Origin: Fibrobacter sp.
GTDB lineage: Bacteria; Fibrobacterota; Fibrobacteria; Fibrobacterales; Fibrobacteraceae
Assembly: GCA_045224895.1 (NCBI GenBank)
Contig: JBGVAT010000051.1
Span: 2,316 to 66,315, forward strand
Length of the DNA: 64,000 nucleotides
Direction of reading: 5' to 3'
A model generated the notes under the pieces. It had not been told where the DNA came from and ran no database searches. It saw only the letters and a list, made by a program, of their open reading frames with translations. Numbering within the stretch: the first letter of the stretch is position 1; every line of letters starts with the position of its first letter. Position numbers and translations under genes: made by a program. Positions 26,422 to 34,950 of this stretch are shown here, in pieces.

Positions 26422-26666
26422 TGACTGATCGCATTAATGCAGCCATTGACTTGCTTACTACGATGGTTGTTGAAAGCATAGCAAAAGAGGATGGTTGTGA
26501 TGCATCCGATGTTTTGCCTGGCTTTTTACGCTCGCATACGGGACAAATGCTCTATAATGAAAGTAGCAAGCTTTGGTGGGATGGCCCCGCATTTATAGAG
26601 GAACTATACCGTCAGGAACTATCTAAAACGTCCGCTCACGCACAACGTATTGCGGTGACTGATTGA
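26412..26666 (+). CDS. Second DUF3791-like small protein
   Basis: AIDLLTTMVVESIAKEDGCDASDVLPGFLRSHTGQMLYNESSKLWWDGPAFIEELY. The last 44 nt overlap the 3' end of the convergent GT2 gene. Confidence 0.6.
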   Translation: MDVMTDRINAAIDLLTTMVVESIAKEDGCDASDVLPGFLRSHTGQMLYNESSKLWWDGPAFIEELYRQELSKTSAHAQRIAVTD

Positions 26667-27543
26667 TGCTGATGTAGATTCGGCCGACGTATTCGCCGAT
26701 GAGCCCAAGCAAAAGCATTATCATGCCGCCGGTAAAGAGTATGGTGGCGAGCATGCTGGTGTAGCCAACGGGGACTTCGGGGAACATGAGCTTTTTGTAG
26801 ATGACAAAGAGGCCGGCTCCGAAGCCAACGAGGGCGCAGAGTATGCCGATGAAGGTGGCTGCGCGAAGGGGCTTCACGGAGAATGCGGTAAAACCGTTAA
26901 TCCAGAGTCGAATGAGGCCTGTGAGTGTGTAGCCGGATTCGCCTTCTATGCGGTGACGGTGCTTTACTTCTACATTGCCGAGGCTCTTGGTGGCGCGGAA
27001 TACGAGGCCGCTGATGTAGGCGAAGGGGTGGGGGTAGCGCACGATTTCATCGGCGATGAACTTGCGCATAATAAAGAAACTCGTGGTGTGGAGCGTCTTG
27101 GGCTGTCCAATGATGGCTTCTGCCATTTTCTTGTTGACCCAGCTGCCAAAGCGACGGAACAGGTGTTGTGCGGAGTGCTTGTAATAACCGTAAACGACGT
27201 CGTAGCCTTCTTCGAGTTTGTCGACGAGCTTGAAGCTTTCGCTGGCGGGCGTTTGACCGTCATCATCAAGGCTGATGATGTAATCGCCGGAGGCTTGTCC
27301 GTAGCCGGCCATGAGTGCGCTGTGCTGCCCGAAATTTTTGGCGAGGCAGATTCCCTTGATGTGCGTGTCTTCGGCGGCGAGTTTCTTGATGACTTGCCAT
27401 ACGTTGTCGGGGCTGCAGTCATTGACGAGCACGATTTCGTATTCGGTACTCGGGCGGGTGGCGATTGTTTCGCGGATTTCCTGGACGACTGCCGTGATTG
27501 TATTTTCGCTACGGTAACAGGGAATTACAAAAGAGAGTTTCAT
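26623..27543 (-). CDS. Polyprenyl-phosphate glycosyltransferase (GT2, ArnC/GtrB-like)
   Basis: SFVIPCYRSE, LVNDCSPD, KNFGQHSALMAGY (compare ArnC YGQHSAIMAG), SLDDDGQ, and two C-terminal TM helices. Confidence 0.85.
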   Translation of the reverse strand: MKLSFVIPCYRSENTITAVVQEIRETIATRPSTEYEIVLVNDCSPDNVWQVIKKLAAEDTHIKGICLAKNFGQHSALMAGYGQASGDYIISLDDDGQTPASESFKLVDKLEEGYDVVYGYYKHSAQHLFRRFGSWVNKKMAEAIIGQPKTLHTTSFFIMRKFIADEIVRYPHPFAYISGLVFRATKSLGNVEVKHRHRIEGESGYTLTGLIRLWINGFTAFSVKPLRAATFIGILCALVGFGAGLFVIYKKLMFPEVPVGYTSMLATILFTGGMIMLLLGLIGEYVGRIYISINQSPQYVVRERTF

Positions 27544-28683
27544 CTAGAACCTTTGCTGAACGGATTCCCACTTGTTGCTTTGGGCGGACTTGGCGGCGGC
27601 TTGCATCATGGCGAGACCTTCGAGCGATGTGCGGATGCCGCATACGTACTGGCTTTTGAAGCTGCCGGTGGCAAAATACTGGCTGAGGCAATCGGCGATG
27701 TCTTTGTAGTAGTTTGCGAATGCTTCAATGAATCCGGCGGGGTGGCCTGCCTTGAATCGGTTGTAGCGCTGCTGGTTGGCGATTTTGACGTCGCCGGTGC
27801 GGTCGCGGAGGCTCACGTTGCCGCGCAGGTCGCATGTCTTGAGCGTTTCAGGTTCTAGCTGGAACCATTCGGCGCTGCCTTCGCTGCCGTACACGCGGAT
27901 GCGTAGCCCGTTGCGGTTGCCAAGTGCGGTTTTGCTGAACCAGATTTGGGCGCGAACGTTGTTCGTGTATTGCACAAGTGCGCCCACGTTATCGACGATT
28001 TGCGGAAAGAGACCGAAGGTTGTCTGGTCGGCGACGATGTGTTCCGGGCGTTCTCCGGTCAAAAAGTAAATCATGTTGTGCAGGTGGCTGCCGAGGTCGA
28101 GTGAAATCTTCGGAATCACGGTGTCTTTGAGTCGCCAGCTTTGCGGTTTGGGAGGTTCGCCCCCTGCGCCCAGGCGCATAAAGCCTTCTTGCGGCATTTC
28201 AACTTGCACTTGCTGGATTTTTCCGAGCTTGCCATCGGCGATGAACTGCTTGAGTTCGCGAATCATCGGGTAGCCGGTGTAGTTGTACGTGGTGCAGAAA
28301 AATCCTTTTGTCTCGGCAACAACCTTTGCGATGGCTTCGCCTTCGGCAACGCTTGTGGCAAGCGACTTTTCACAAATGACGGGGTAACCTGCTCTGAGGG
28401 CTTCGATGACGATGTCTTTGTGGTAGTCTGTCGGTGCGAGCACTACGACGGCATCGAGTTTGCCTTTTTCGGCTTGCAATAAATCTTGATACTTTGCGTA
28501 GGTGCGTTCTTCGGCGACGCCCCAGGTGCGGGCGGTCTCGCGATTTGTTTCGGCGTGCGTGCTGAATGCGCCGGCCACGAGTTCAAAATGGCCGTCCATC
28601 TGGCTTGCTGCTTTGTGGACTTCGCCGATGGCTGAATTGATTCCGCCGCCGATAAACGCAATTTGGTAGGGTTCTTTTTTCAT
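27544..28683 (-). CDS. Gfo/Idh/MocA-family NAD(P)-dependent sugar oxidoreductase
   Basis: N-terminal Rossmann IAFIGGGINSAIGEVH, the EKSLA motif (VICEKSLATS), and a C-terminal alpha/beta domain. Confidence 0.85.
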   Translation of the reverse strand: MKKEPYQIAFIGGGINSAIGEVHKAASQMDGHFELVAGAFSTHAETNRETARTWGVAEERTYAKYQDLLQAEKGKLDAVVVLAPTDYHKDIVIEALRAGYPVICEKSLATSVAEGEAIAKVVAETKGFFCTTYNYTGYPMIRELKQFIADGKLGKIQQVQVEMPQEGFMRLGAGGEPPKPQSWRLKDTVIPKISLDLGSHLHNMIYFLTGERPEHIVADQTTFGLFPQIVDNVGALVQYTNNVRAQIWFSKTALGNRNGLRIRVYGSEGSAEWFQLEPETLKTCDLRGNVSLRDRTGDVKIANQQRYNRFKAGHPAGFIEAFANYYKDIADCLSQYFATGSFKSQYVCGIRTSLEGLAMMQAAAKSAQSNKWESVQQRF

Positions 28684-28710
28684 CGTTTTTGAATATAGGA
28701 TAATTAATCC

Positions 28711-28740
28711 TTGTCATTCCGGGCTTGACCCGGAATCTCC
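28711..28740. repeat. REP-like hairpin unit in an intra-operon spacer
   Basis: ttgtcatTCCGGGcttgaCCCGGAAtctcc. Confidence 0.6.
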
Positions 28741-28741
28741 T

Positions 28742-29938
28742 TTATTCTACTATGATTTTGGCTAGTTCCGTCATTCTCGCGGTTTTGTCTTGCATTTCGG
28801 CAAGCGTGTCAAACTTGAAAAATACGATGCCTGCTTTGTATAAGAGCTTGTCCGTAATTTGTTCGCCAGGCTTGTACCACAAAAATTTTTCGACGATATT
28901 CTTCTGAATTTCTGGGGCGAAGGTGACGTCGCGGACAATTCCTTCACGGTCTGCCATGACGCAGTGCCTGAGCCAGAATCCTTGCGTGGGAATATCGGCG
29001 ATGCCCGAAATGTCCATTCCCGTTTCTGCCATCACGATGAATTTTGGGTAGTCGATTCCGGTGGCGTATTTGACGAATTTGATGTACAGATCTCCTGGCG
29101 GGCGTCGGCAAATTTCGATGATGACAGGAGTTCCGTCTGCTTTTTCGATGTACTGGATATGCAAAATGCCATCGACAAGGTGCAATTCGCGGGCGATGCG
29201 TTCGCTGTAGTCGCGGAGCTTGGCGAGACCCGTTGTGTTTGTGGTGCTTGGCGTGTTTGCGCCCGAGACCATATACTTGTTGAGGTAATACTGTTCGTTG
29301 TCGGCAAAGGCGAATGCGACCTTGCCTTTCACGAGCATGGCAGAGAACCCGTGGTTTGTGCCTTGTACGAATTCTTCGACCACAATGTGGTCTTGTCGTG
29401 TTCGGCTGCAAGCATCATTGTATGCCATGCGGGCTTCTTCGATGTTTGCTGCACGATGGATGCCTTTGCCACCGGTCAAATCAACGGGCTTGACAATGAT
29501 GGGGAAGGCGAGCTGCGCTATCGCTGCGTCAAAATCTGCGGCGCTTCGAACGACGAGTGCGCGCGGTGTCGGTATTCCTAGTCTTGTCGCAAGTGCGCGG
29601 TACTTGTCCTTGTGGTGGATTTCAAGGCTTGTCGCATAAGAATCGTGGCCTGGAAGCCCAAGTTTTTCGCAAACATAAACGGTTGAAAGCAGGGCGAAAT
29701 CGTTACAGCCAGAACAAACGGCTTGCACGCCTTCATTGCGGGCTAGTTCGAGCATAGCTTCTTTATCGCTAAAGTCAGCAAAAACGTTCTTGTCGGCATA
29801 GGGGTGGCCGAGTCCTTCGCGGGCGTTCCCTGTGGTAATCACGTACCAGCCGAGTTCCTGTGCTGCCTTGATGAGCGGAATTTCGGCGTGGCCTCCACCT
29901 AATAGCAAAAGTTTTTTTTGTGGATTGCTTTGCTCCAT
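28742..29938 (-). CDS. ATP-grasp domain enzyme
   Basis: LLLLGGGHAEIPLIKAAQELG pre-ATP-grasp region, FPIIVKPVDLTGGKGI, VVEEFVQG, and a C-terminal EICRRPPGD segment. Confidence 0.8.
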   Translation of the reverse strand: MEQSNPQKKLLLLGGGHAEIPLIKAAQELGWYVITTGNAREGLGHPYADKNVFADFSDKEAMLELARNEGVQAVCSGCNDFALLSTVYVCEKLGLPGHDSYATSLEIHHKDKYRALATRLGIPTPRALVVRSAADFDAAIAQLAFPIIVKPVDLTGGKGIHRAANIEEARMAYNDACSRTRQDHIVVEEFVQGTNHGFSAMLVKGKVAFAFADNEQYYLNKYMVSGANTPSTTNTTGLAKLRDYSERIARELHLVDGILHIQYIEKADGTPVIIEICRRPPGDLYIKFVKYATGIDYPKFIVMAETGMDISGIADIPTQGFWLRHCVMADREGIVRDVTFAPEIQKNIVEKFLWYKPGEQITDKLLYKAGIVFFKFDTLAEMQDKTARMTELAKIIVE

Positions 29939-29944
29939 TTCTTT

Positions 29945-31078
29945 TTACTTCCCGAAAAATTCTTTTACTTTGTCACACACAAATTCCAAATCGTCTGGTT
30001 TCAATCCATAGAACATTGGGAGTCGCAACAGACGGTCGCTTTCGCGGGTGGTGTAAACGTCATTGCCGTAGAATCGTCCATAGCGTTTGCCTGCGGGGGC
30101 GTTGTGGAGCGGTACGTAGTGGAAGACGGCAAGGATTCCGTTCTTGACGAGGTGTGCAATGAGGGCTGTGCGCGTTTTTAGATCGGCGACCTTCAGGTAG
30201 AACATATGCGCGTTGTGGCTGCATTCCGCTGGAATGTACGGCAGTTGCACATCACCTGCGTCTTCTAGGGGGTGCAAGCGTTCACGGTAGGCGTTCCAGC
30301 TTGCCATACGGTTGTCGAAAATTTTTTGCGCGCTTTCGAGTTCTGCGTAAAGGTAGGCTGCGTTGAGTTCGCTTGGCAGGTAGCTGGAACCAAGTTCGAC
30401 CCACGTGTATTTGTCGACTTCGCCACGGTGGAACTGCACTCGGTTTGTTCCCTTTTCACGGATGATTTCGGCGTGATCGGCGTATTTCTTGTCTGAAATG
30501 AGAATGGCTCCGCCTTCGCCCATGCTGTAGTTCTTGGTTTCGTGGAAACTGTAGCAGCCAAAGTCACCGAGCGCTCCTAGCGAGCGCCCTTTATATGTAG
30601 ACATCATTCCTTGTGCCGCATCTTCGATGACGAATAAGTTGTGCTTTTTGGCGATGGCGTTGATGGTGTCCATTTCGCAGGCGACTCCGGCGTAGTGTAC
30701 CGGGACGATGGCGCGAGTCTTTTCTGTGATGGCTCCTTCTACCAGTTTTTCGTCAAGGTTCATGGTGTCGGGGCGAATGTCCACGAATACGCATTTGGCC
30801 CCGCGCATGGCGAACGCATCGGCGGTAGAGACGAACGTGAACGACGGCATAATGACTTCGTCGCCGGGCTGGATGTTGCATAGCAACGCTGACATTTCAA
30901 GGGCGTGCGTGCAGCTTGTAGTGAGGAGCGCACGGGCGCATCCTGTTTTGTTTTGTAGCCAGGCGTGGCATTTTTGGTTGAATTGCCCGTCTCCACAAAT
31001 GCGGCCACTTTCGACGGCTTGCCGTACGTATTCAATCTCTTGCCCGACAAATGGGGGCTGGTTAAAAGGAATTCTCAT
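29945..31078 (-). CDS. DegT/DnrJ/EryC1-family aminotransferase, WecE-like (dTDP-4-amino-4,6-dideoxyhexose transaminase type)
   Basis: IPFNQPPFVGQEIEYVRQAVESGRICGDGQFNQKCHAWLQ is nearly colinear with the E. coli WecE N-terminus. PLP-Lys context SFHETKNYSMGEGG. Confidence 0.9.
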   Translation of the reverse strand: MRIPFNQPPFVGQEIEYVRQAVESGRICGDGQFNQKCHAWLQNKTGCARALLTTSCTHALEMSALLCNIQPGDEVIMPSFTFVSTADAFAMRGAKCVFVDIRPDTMNLDEKLVEGAITEKTRAIVPVHYAGVACEMDTINAIAKKHNLFVIEDAAQGMMSTYKGRSLGALGDFGCYSFHETKNYSMGEGGAILISDKKYADHAEIIREKGTNRVQFHRGEVDKYTWVELGSSYLPSELNAAYLYAELESAQKIFDNRMASWNAYRERLHPLEDAGDVQLPYIPAECSHNAHMFYLKVADLKTRTALIAHLVKNGILAVFHYVPLHNAPAGKRYGRFYGNDVYTTRESDRLLRLPMFYGLKPDDLEFVCDKVKEFFGK

Positions 31079-31183
31079 TGCTCTACACATCCCTAATTGT
31101 TTACAAAGCGTAATATATAATTTCTTTTGGAGTGTTGTTGGTTTCTCTAGAACTATAATACTTTAATTTGGAAATTTTGATTT

Positions 31184-31250
31184 TTCCCCGTTCGGGAATA
31201 TTTTTTAAAATATTGAGTAACGGAGTATTGATATTCCCGATCGGGAATAT
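31184..31250. promoter_or_regulatory. Two related dyad elements in a divergent promoter region
   Basis: ttcccCGTTCgggaatat (31184-31201) and the 20-bp perfect palindrome atattcccgatcgggaatat (31231-31250). Each is followed by a T-run. Confidence 0.45.
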
Positions 31251-31252
31251 CA

Positions 31253-31280
31253 TTTTTTTTTTTGTGTGTGGGGGGGGGGG
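31253..31280. repeat. Homopolymer/dinucleotide tract T11-(GT)3-G11
   Basis: Counted directly: T at 31253-31263, gtgtgt, G at 31270-31280. Confidence 0.9.
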
Positions 31281-31416
31281 CAGTAACCTTTTCTCCTCGT
31301 ATTTTCCCTGTCAAGGGGGGCTGATTTTTAATGATGCGCTAATGAAAATACTACACCTATTGCTTCTATTAAAATTTTAAGTTATATTATGGGTGTATTA
31401 AATTTACGGGTGAATA

Positions 31417-31740
31417 ATGCTAATTCTTTTTGAAGATAAAAACTTGGAAAAATGTGCTACGGATAATCAATACGCATTGAAAAGGCTTGGGCAGCGGCGG
31501 GCTCAGCGCTATGCTATTCGATTGATGCAGATTGATCGTGCTGTTAATTTTGAACAGTTGCGAGGCTTGCCTGGCCATTATCATGATTTGGTTGGTAGTC
31601 GTGCGGGGCAATGGGCTTGTGATTTAGATCAGCCGTATCGGTTGATTTTCAAGAGTACGAACGAGGGACCGGTTGCTCAAATTGTTTGGGCTAAAGAACG
31701 TACTGCAAAGATTCTTGAAATTGCAGATTATCATAAGTGA
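31417..31740 (+). CDS. higB: HigB-type (plasmid maintenance killer, RelE/ParE superfamily) toxin
   Basis: LKRLGQRRAQRYAIRLMQIDRAVNFEQLRGLPGHYHDLVGSRAGQWACDLDQPYRLIF...IADYH matches the HigB/killer-protein pattern. Confidence 0.8.
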   Translation: MLILFEDKNLEKCATDNQYALKRLGQRRAQRYAIRLMQIDRAVNFEQLRGLPGHYHDLVGSRAGQWACDLDQPYRLIFKSTNEGPVAQIVWAKERTAKILEIADYHK

Positions 31741-31746
31741 GGACAT

Positions 31747-32748
31747 ATGATTGATAATAAATTTAAATTGGCTGTAGAATATCCTCCTGGTAGGGATGTG
31801 GCTGAAAAACTTGAAGAAATGGGCCTTGATGCAAATGACTTGGCTGCACGTATGGGGTATACGCCCAAGGCAGTGAATGATATTTTGCAGGGACATTGTC
31901 GCATAACGCCGGATGTAGCTATTGCGTTAGAAATGGTTACGGAAATTCCGATGGATTATTTGCTGCGTAGCCAATTGTCCTATGACGAATATCTTTTGCG
32001 TGAGCGAGTCAAGAAATCTCTTGAAAATCAGTCCCTTTGGAAAAAGTCTTTTCCAGGGGAACTTGATGATCGCAGTTGGGTGCGCAAGGGGACTGATAAG
32101 GCGGATGAAAAATCTTTAATGCCTCTGCTCAAGTTCTTTGCGGTGGCGTCGCCGAAGGCGTGGGACGGTTATTATAAGAAGGCTCAGCTGAAGGTGGCGT
32201 TCCGCATTTCGCTTGCTGAGGTCAAGGACCCGTATGCGACTTCGGCGTGGATTCGCCGTGGGGAAATTCTTTCGGATCGGGATCCGATGGAAAAGCTGGG
32301 GCAGCCTGCGGTTCGCAAAAGGCTTAAGGCGGCACTTCCTGAGATTATTGCGTTTGCGGCAGCAAACAAAAAGTTGCCGAAGCGCGAAAAACGTATTACT
32401 TACTGGACGCCTGAGGCGGAAGTGGTTGACGACTGTATGACGGGCTTGCAGGAGTTATGCCGCAAGATTGGCATTCGAGTGCTGTTCGTACAGAATTTCA
32501 AGAGTTCGCCGATTCACGGTATGTACCGCTGGTACAAGGATGTTCCGCTGATCCAGTTGCACGACCGCTTTAAAAAGCGTGAAACGATGTGGTTCACGTT
32601 CTTCCATGAGCTTGCGCATGTGCTTTACCACGGAAAGAAGGGAATCTGCTTGCAGAACATCGAAATCACGCACAACTATCCTGAAAAAGAGGACGAGGCC
32701 AACTGCTTTGCGCAGAAGTGTATGCTGGAGGCGGGTTTCGACGCTTAG
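31747..32748 (+). CDS. HigA-like XRE HTH antitoxin fused to an ImmA/IrrE-type HEXXH metallopeptidase domain
   Basis: N-terminus PPGRDVAEKLEEMGLDANDLAARMGYTPKAVNDILQGHCRITPDVAIALEMV (HigA/VapI pattern). C-terminus FTFFHELAHVLYHGK (HEXXH). Starts 6 nt after the higB stop. Confidence 0.8.
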   Translation: MIDNKFKLAVEYPPGRDVAEKLEEMGLDANDLAARMGYTPKAVNDILQGHCRITPDVAIALEMVTEIPMDYLLRSQLSYDEYLLRERVKKSLENQSLWKKSFPGELDDRSWVRKGTDKADEKSLMPLLKFFAVASPKAWDGYYKKAQLKVAFRISLAEVKDPYATSAWIRRGEILSDRDPMEKLGQPAVRKRLKAALPEIIAFAAANKKLPKREKRITYWTPEAEVVDDCMTGLQELCRKIGIRVLFVQNFKSSPIHGMYRWYKDVPLIQLHDRFKKRETMWFTFFHELAHVLYHGKKGICLQNIEITHNYPEKEDEANCFAQKCMLEAGFDA

Positions 32749-34805
32749 TACGTCAGTCCGTATCCGTACGGGAATAATCCCTTTTTGCCGTCGCCTACGT
32801 TGATCGGAATCTGCTTCGCGTCCTTGGGCCAGGTGTGGGGGAGTTTGCCGCTGGGCTTGACTTTGCCAAAGAGAACGTCTGCTACGCCTGCGCCTTCGCT
32901 TCCGGGGAGCCAGGCTACGACAAATGCGTCGGTGGCGTCAATGAGCGGGGTGATGGGGAGCGGGCGGCCGGTGATGAGTACGACTACAACTTTGTGGCCT
33001 GCGGCTTTCCAAGCTTTAATCTGCTCGATGTCGGAATCTGTCGTTCTGAAGGCGACTTTGCCGTCGGTCTTGTTGATGATTTTGTTGTTGAAGTCTTCAC
33101 CGCGGTAGTCGCCGAACCATTCGGCGTACGGGGTTTCGCCAATCACGTAGACGATGGTGCCGGCATCTTCGGCTGTGGCCACACGGGTTCCTTTGGCGAC
33201 TTCGTCGAATCCGGCCTGGATGGAGGTTGCGCCAGGAATGTCGCTTGTGCCGCCTTGCCAGCTTTTGGTCCATGCGCCGCATTGCAATCCGGTGTTGTTG
33301 GCGTGGCTTCCAGTCACGAATACTTTGCCGTTGGTGCTGAGCGGGAGTGCCTTTTTGTTCTTGAGGACGACCAGGCTCTTTTGTACGGCTTCGCGTGCAA
33401 TCTGGCGGTGTTCTGCGCTGCCGATGTTCTTGGCGATGCCGACGTAGGCGGCGGGGCCGTTCGGGTTGTCGATTCTTCCGGCGCGGATCTTGGCACGTAA
33501 AATTCGGCGGGTGGCGTCCTTGATGCGTTCTTCGCTGATGTCACCCGACGCGACGAGCTCTTTCATGTTGCGGACAAAAGCTTCTGCCGATTGCGGGACC
33601 ATGGCGAGGTCGATGCCTGCGTTGATGGCGTTCTTGATGGCATCCTTCGATGAAATTCCGGTGACGAGTCCGGGGGAGTAGTCGCCTGCGGCACCCGGTG
33701 TCGTGGAGCTTTCGATGCCTTCCCAGTCGGCAATGACGTAGCCGTCGAATCCGAGTTCTGTCTTGAGGATTCCGGTGAGGCGGGCGGAATCGACGTGCTG
33801 GTGAATCCCGTTCACTTGGTTGAAGCTGGCCATAACGCTCATGGAGCCCTGTTCGATGGCGGCTTCGTAGGGCGGCAAGTATTTTTCGTAGATGTCCTTG
33901 TCGGTCAAGGTGGCGTTGCCGCGGTCGTAACCTTTGTCGGTGGCGCCGTCGCCAATGAAGTGCTTGAGCGTCGTGATGACTCGCCAATCGGCGTCGTTCT
34001 TGTCACCCTGCTGCCCGCGGACGAATGCCGCTCCGAGGTCAACGGCGAGTTCTGTCGTTTCGCCAAATCCTTCGTATACGCGGCCCCAGCGTTCGTCTTG
34101 CGGAACGGTGATGGCGGGGGCAAAATTCAGGTCGATGTGGGCTGCCCACATTTCTTCGGCAACGGCTTGCCCGATTTTGCGGACGAGTGCGGAATCTCGT
34201 GTGGCTCCAAGTCCGATGTTGTGCGGGAAAATTGTGGCGCCGGTAACGTCGGCGACGCCGTGGACGTTGTCCTTGCCGTAGGTGACGGGAATTTTGTGGT
34301 TCCACGCTTTGGTGTAAAAGTCTGCCGTGTAGGCTCCGCCGCCTTCGAGGGCGGATCCGCAGAGCTTGCCGCCGCAGGTTGTTGCCGGGGCTTTCGCCTG
34401 TGTCATTTGCGCGATCATATCGTCGATGGTCATGCTGGCCATGAGTTCATCGATTCTGTTTTCGATGGGGTCGCGCTTCAAGGTAATGTTGCCGTAGTTC
34501 TTGTTGGGGGCGACGCTGAGCGTTTCTGGGAGGAATCCCGTTTTGTGTACGATCAGGCTCTGCCCTCTTTTTTTCAAGGCCTTTTTGCTGGCTGCGTTCA
34601 GCTTGGCTTTGTCGAAGTCGAATGCGCCCTTGTCGTCTGAGAGGGTGCGTGCGCTGGCGACGAGTTTTGGGAGCGCCCTGACGGTGACGGTGGTGTTCTT
34701 GATCGGTGCGCCGGATTCGTCGATGACGTTTCCCCTGATTCCTGCGTGTGCGAACGCGAGTGATGTAACTGCGAAAAACCCAATAGCTGATAATTTCATA
34801 TTCAT
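32745..34805 (-). CDS. Secreted GH3 beta-glycosidase with N-terminal carboxypeptidase-regulatory-like domain
   Basis: Signal peptide. Motifs GKDNVHG, KHFIGDGATDKG and GYVIADWEG (nucleophile Asp context), plus a C-terminal GH3 alpha/beta sandwich. Confidence 0.9.
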   Translation of the reverse strand: MNMKLSAIGFFAVTSLAFAHAGIRGNVIDESGAPIKNTTVTVRALPKLVASARTLSDDKGAFDFDKAKLNAASKKALKKRGQSLIVHKTGFLPETLSVAPNKNYGNITLKRDPIENRIDELMASMTIDDMIAQMTQAKAPATTCGGKLCGSALEGGGAYTADFYTKAWNHKIPVTYGKDNVHGVADVTGATIFPHNIGLGATRDSALVRKIGQAVAEEMWAAHIDLNFAPAITVPQDERWGRVYEGFGETTELAVDLGAAFVRGQQGDKNDADWRVITTLKHFIGDGATDKGYDRGNATLTDKDIYEKYLPPYEAAIEQGSMSVMASFNQVNGIHQHVDSARLTGILKTELGFDGYVIADWEGIESSTTPGAAGDYSPGLVTGISSKDAIKNAINAGIDLAMVPQSAEAFVRNMKELVASGDISEERIKDATRRILRAKIRAGRIDNPNGPAAYVGIAKNIGSAEHRQIAREAVQKSLVVLKNKKALPLSTNGKVFVTGSHANNTGLQCGAWTKSWQGGTSDIPGATSIQAGFDEVAKGTRVATAEDAGTIVYVIGETPYAEWFGDYRGEDFNNKIINKTDGKVAFRTTDSDIEQIKAWKAAGHKVVVVLITGRPLPITPLIDATDAFVVAWLPGSEGAGVADVLFGKVKPSGKLPHTWPKDAKQIPINVGDGKKGLFPYGYGLTY

Positions 34806-34911
34806 CCCTTGTTTACCAATATAAAACTATACTCAAATTGGTCTAGGGGCAAGAAAAGTGTAAAGAATCTTGTGTACTTTAGGAAACGGGAATGTTGTTT
34901 GTTTTTATGAA

Positions 34912-34946
34912 TAAAAAAATAGCGCATTCCTGATGGATTGCGCTAT
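34912..34946 (-). terminator. Rho-independent terminator after the tRNA (minus strand)
   Basis: On the minus strand: atagcgca...tgcgctat stem followed by ttttttt. Confidence 0.7.
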
Positions 34947-34950
34947 TTAG

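Noticed and set aside
31168-31380. 70-aa ORF spanning the dyads and the poly-T/poly-G tract.
   Set aside because: The translation (FFFVCGGGGS...) is dictated by homopolymers. The region is better explained as a divergent regulatory spacer.
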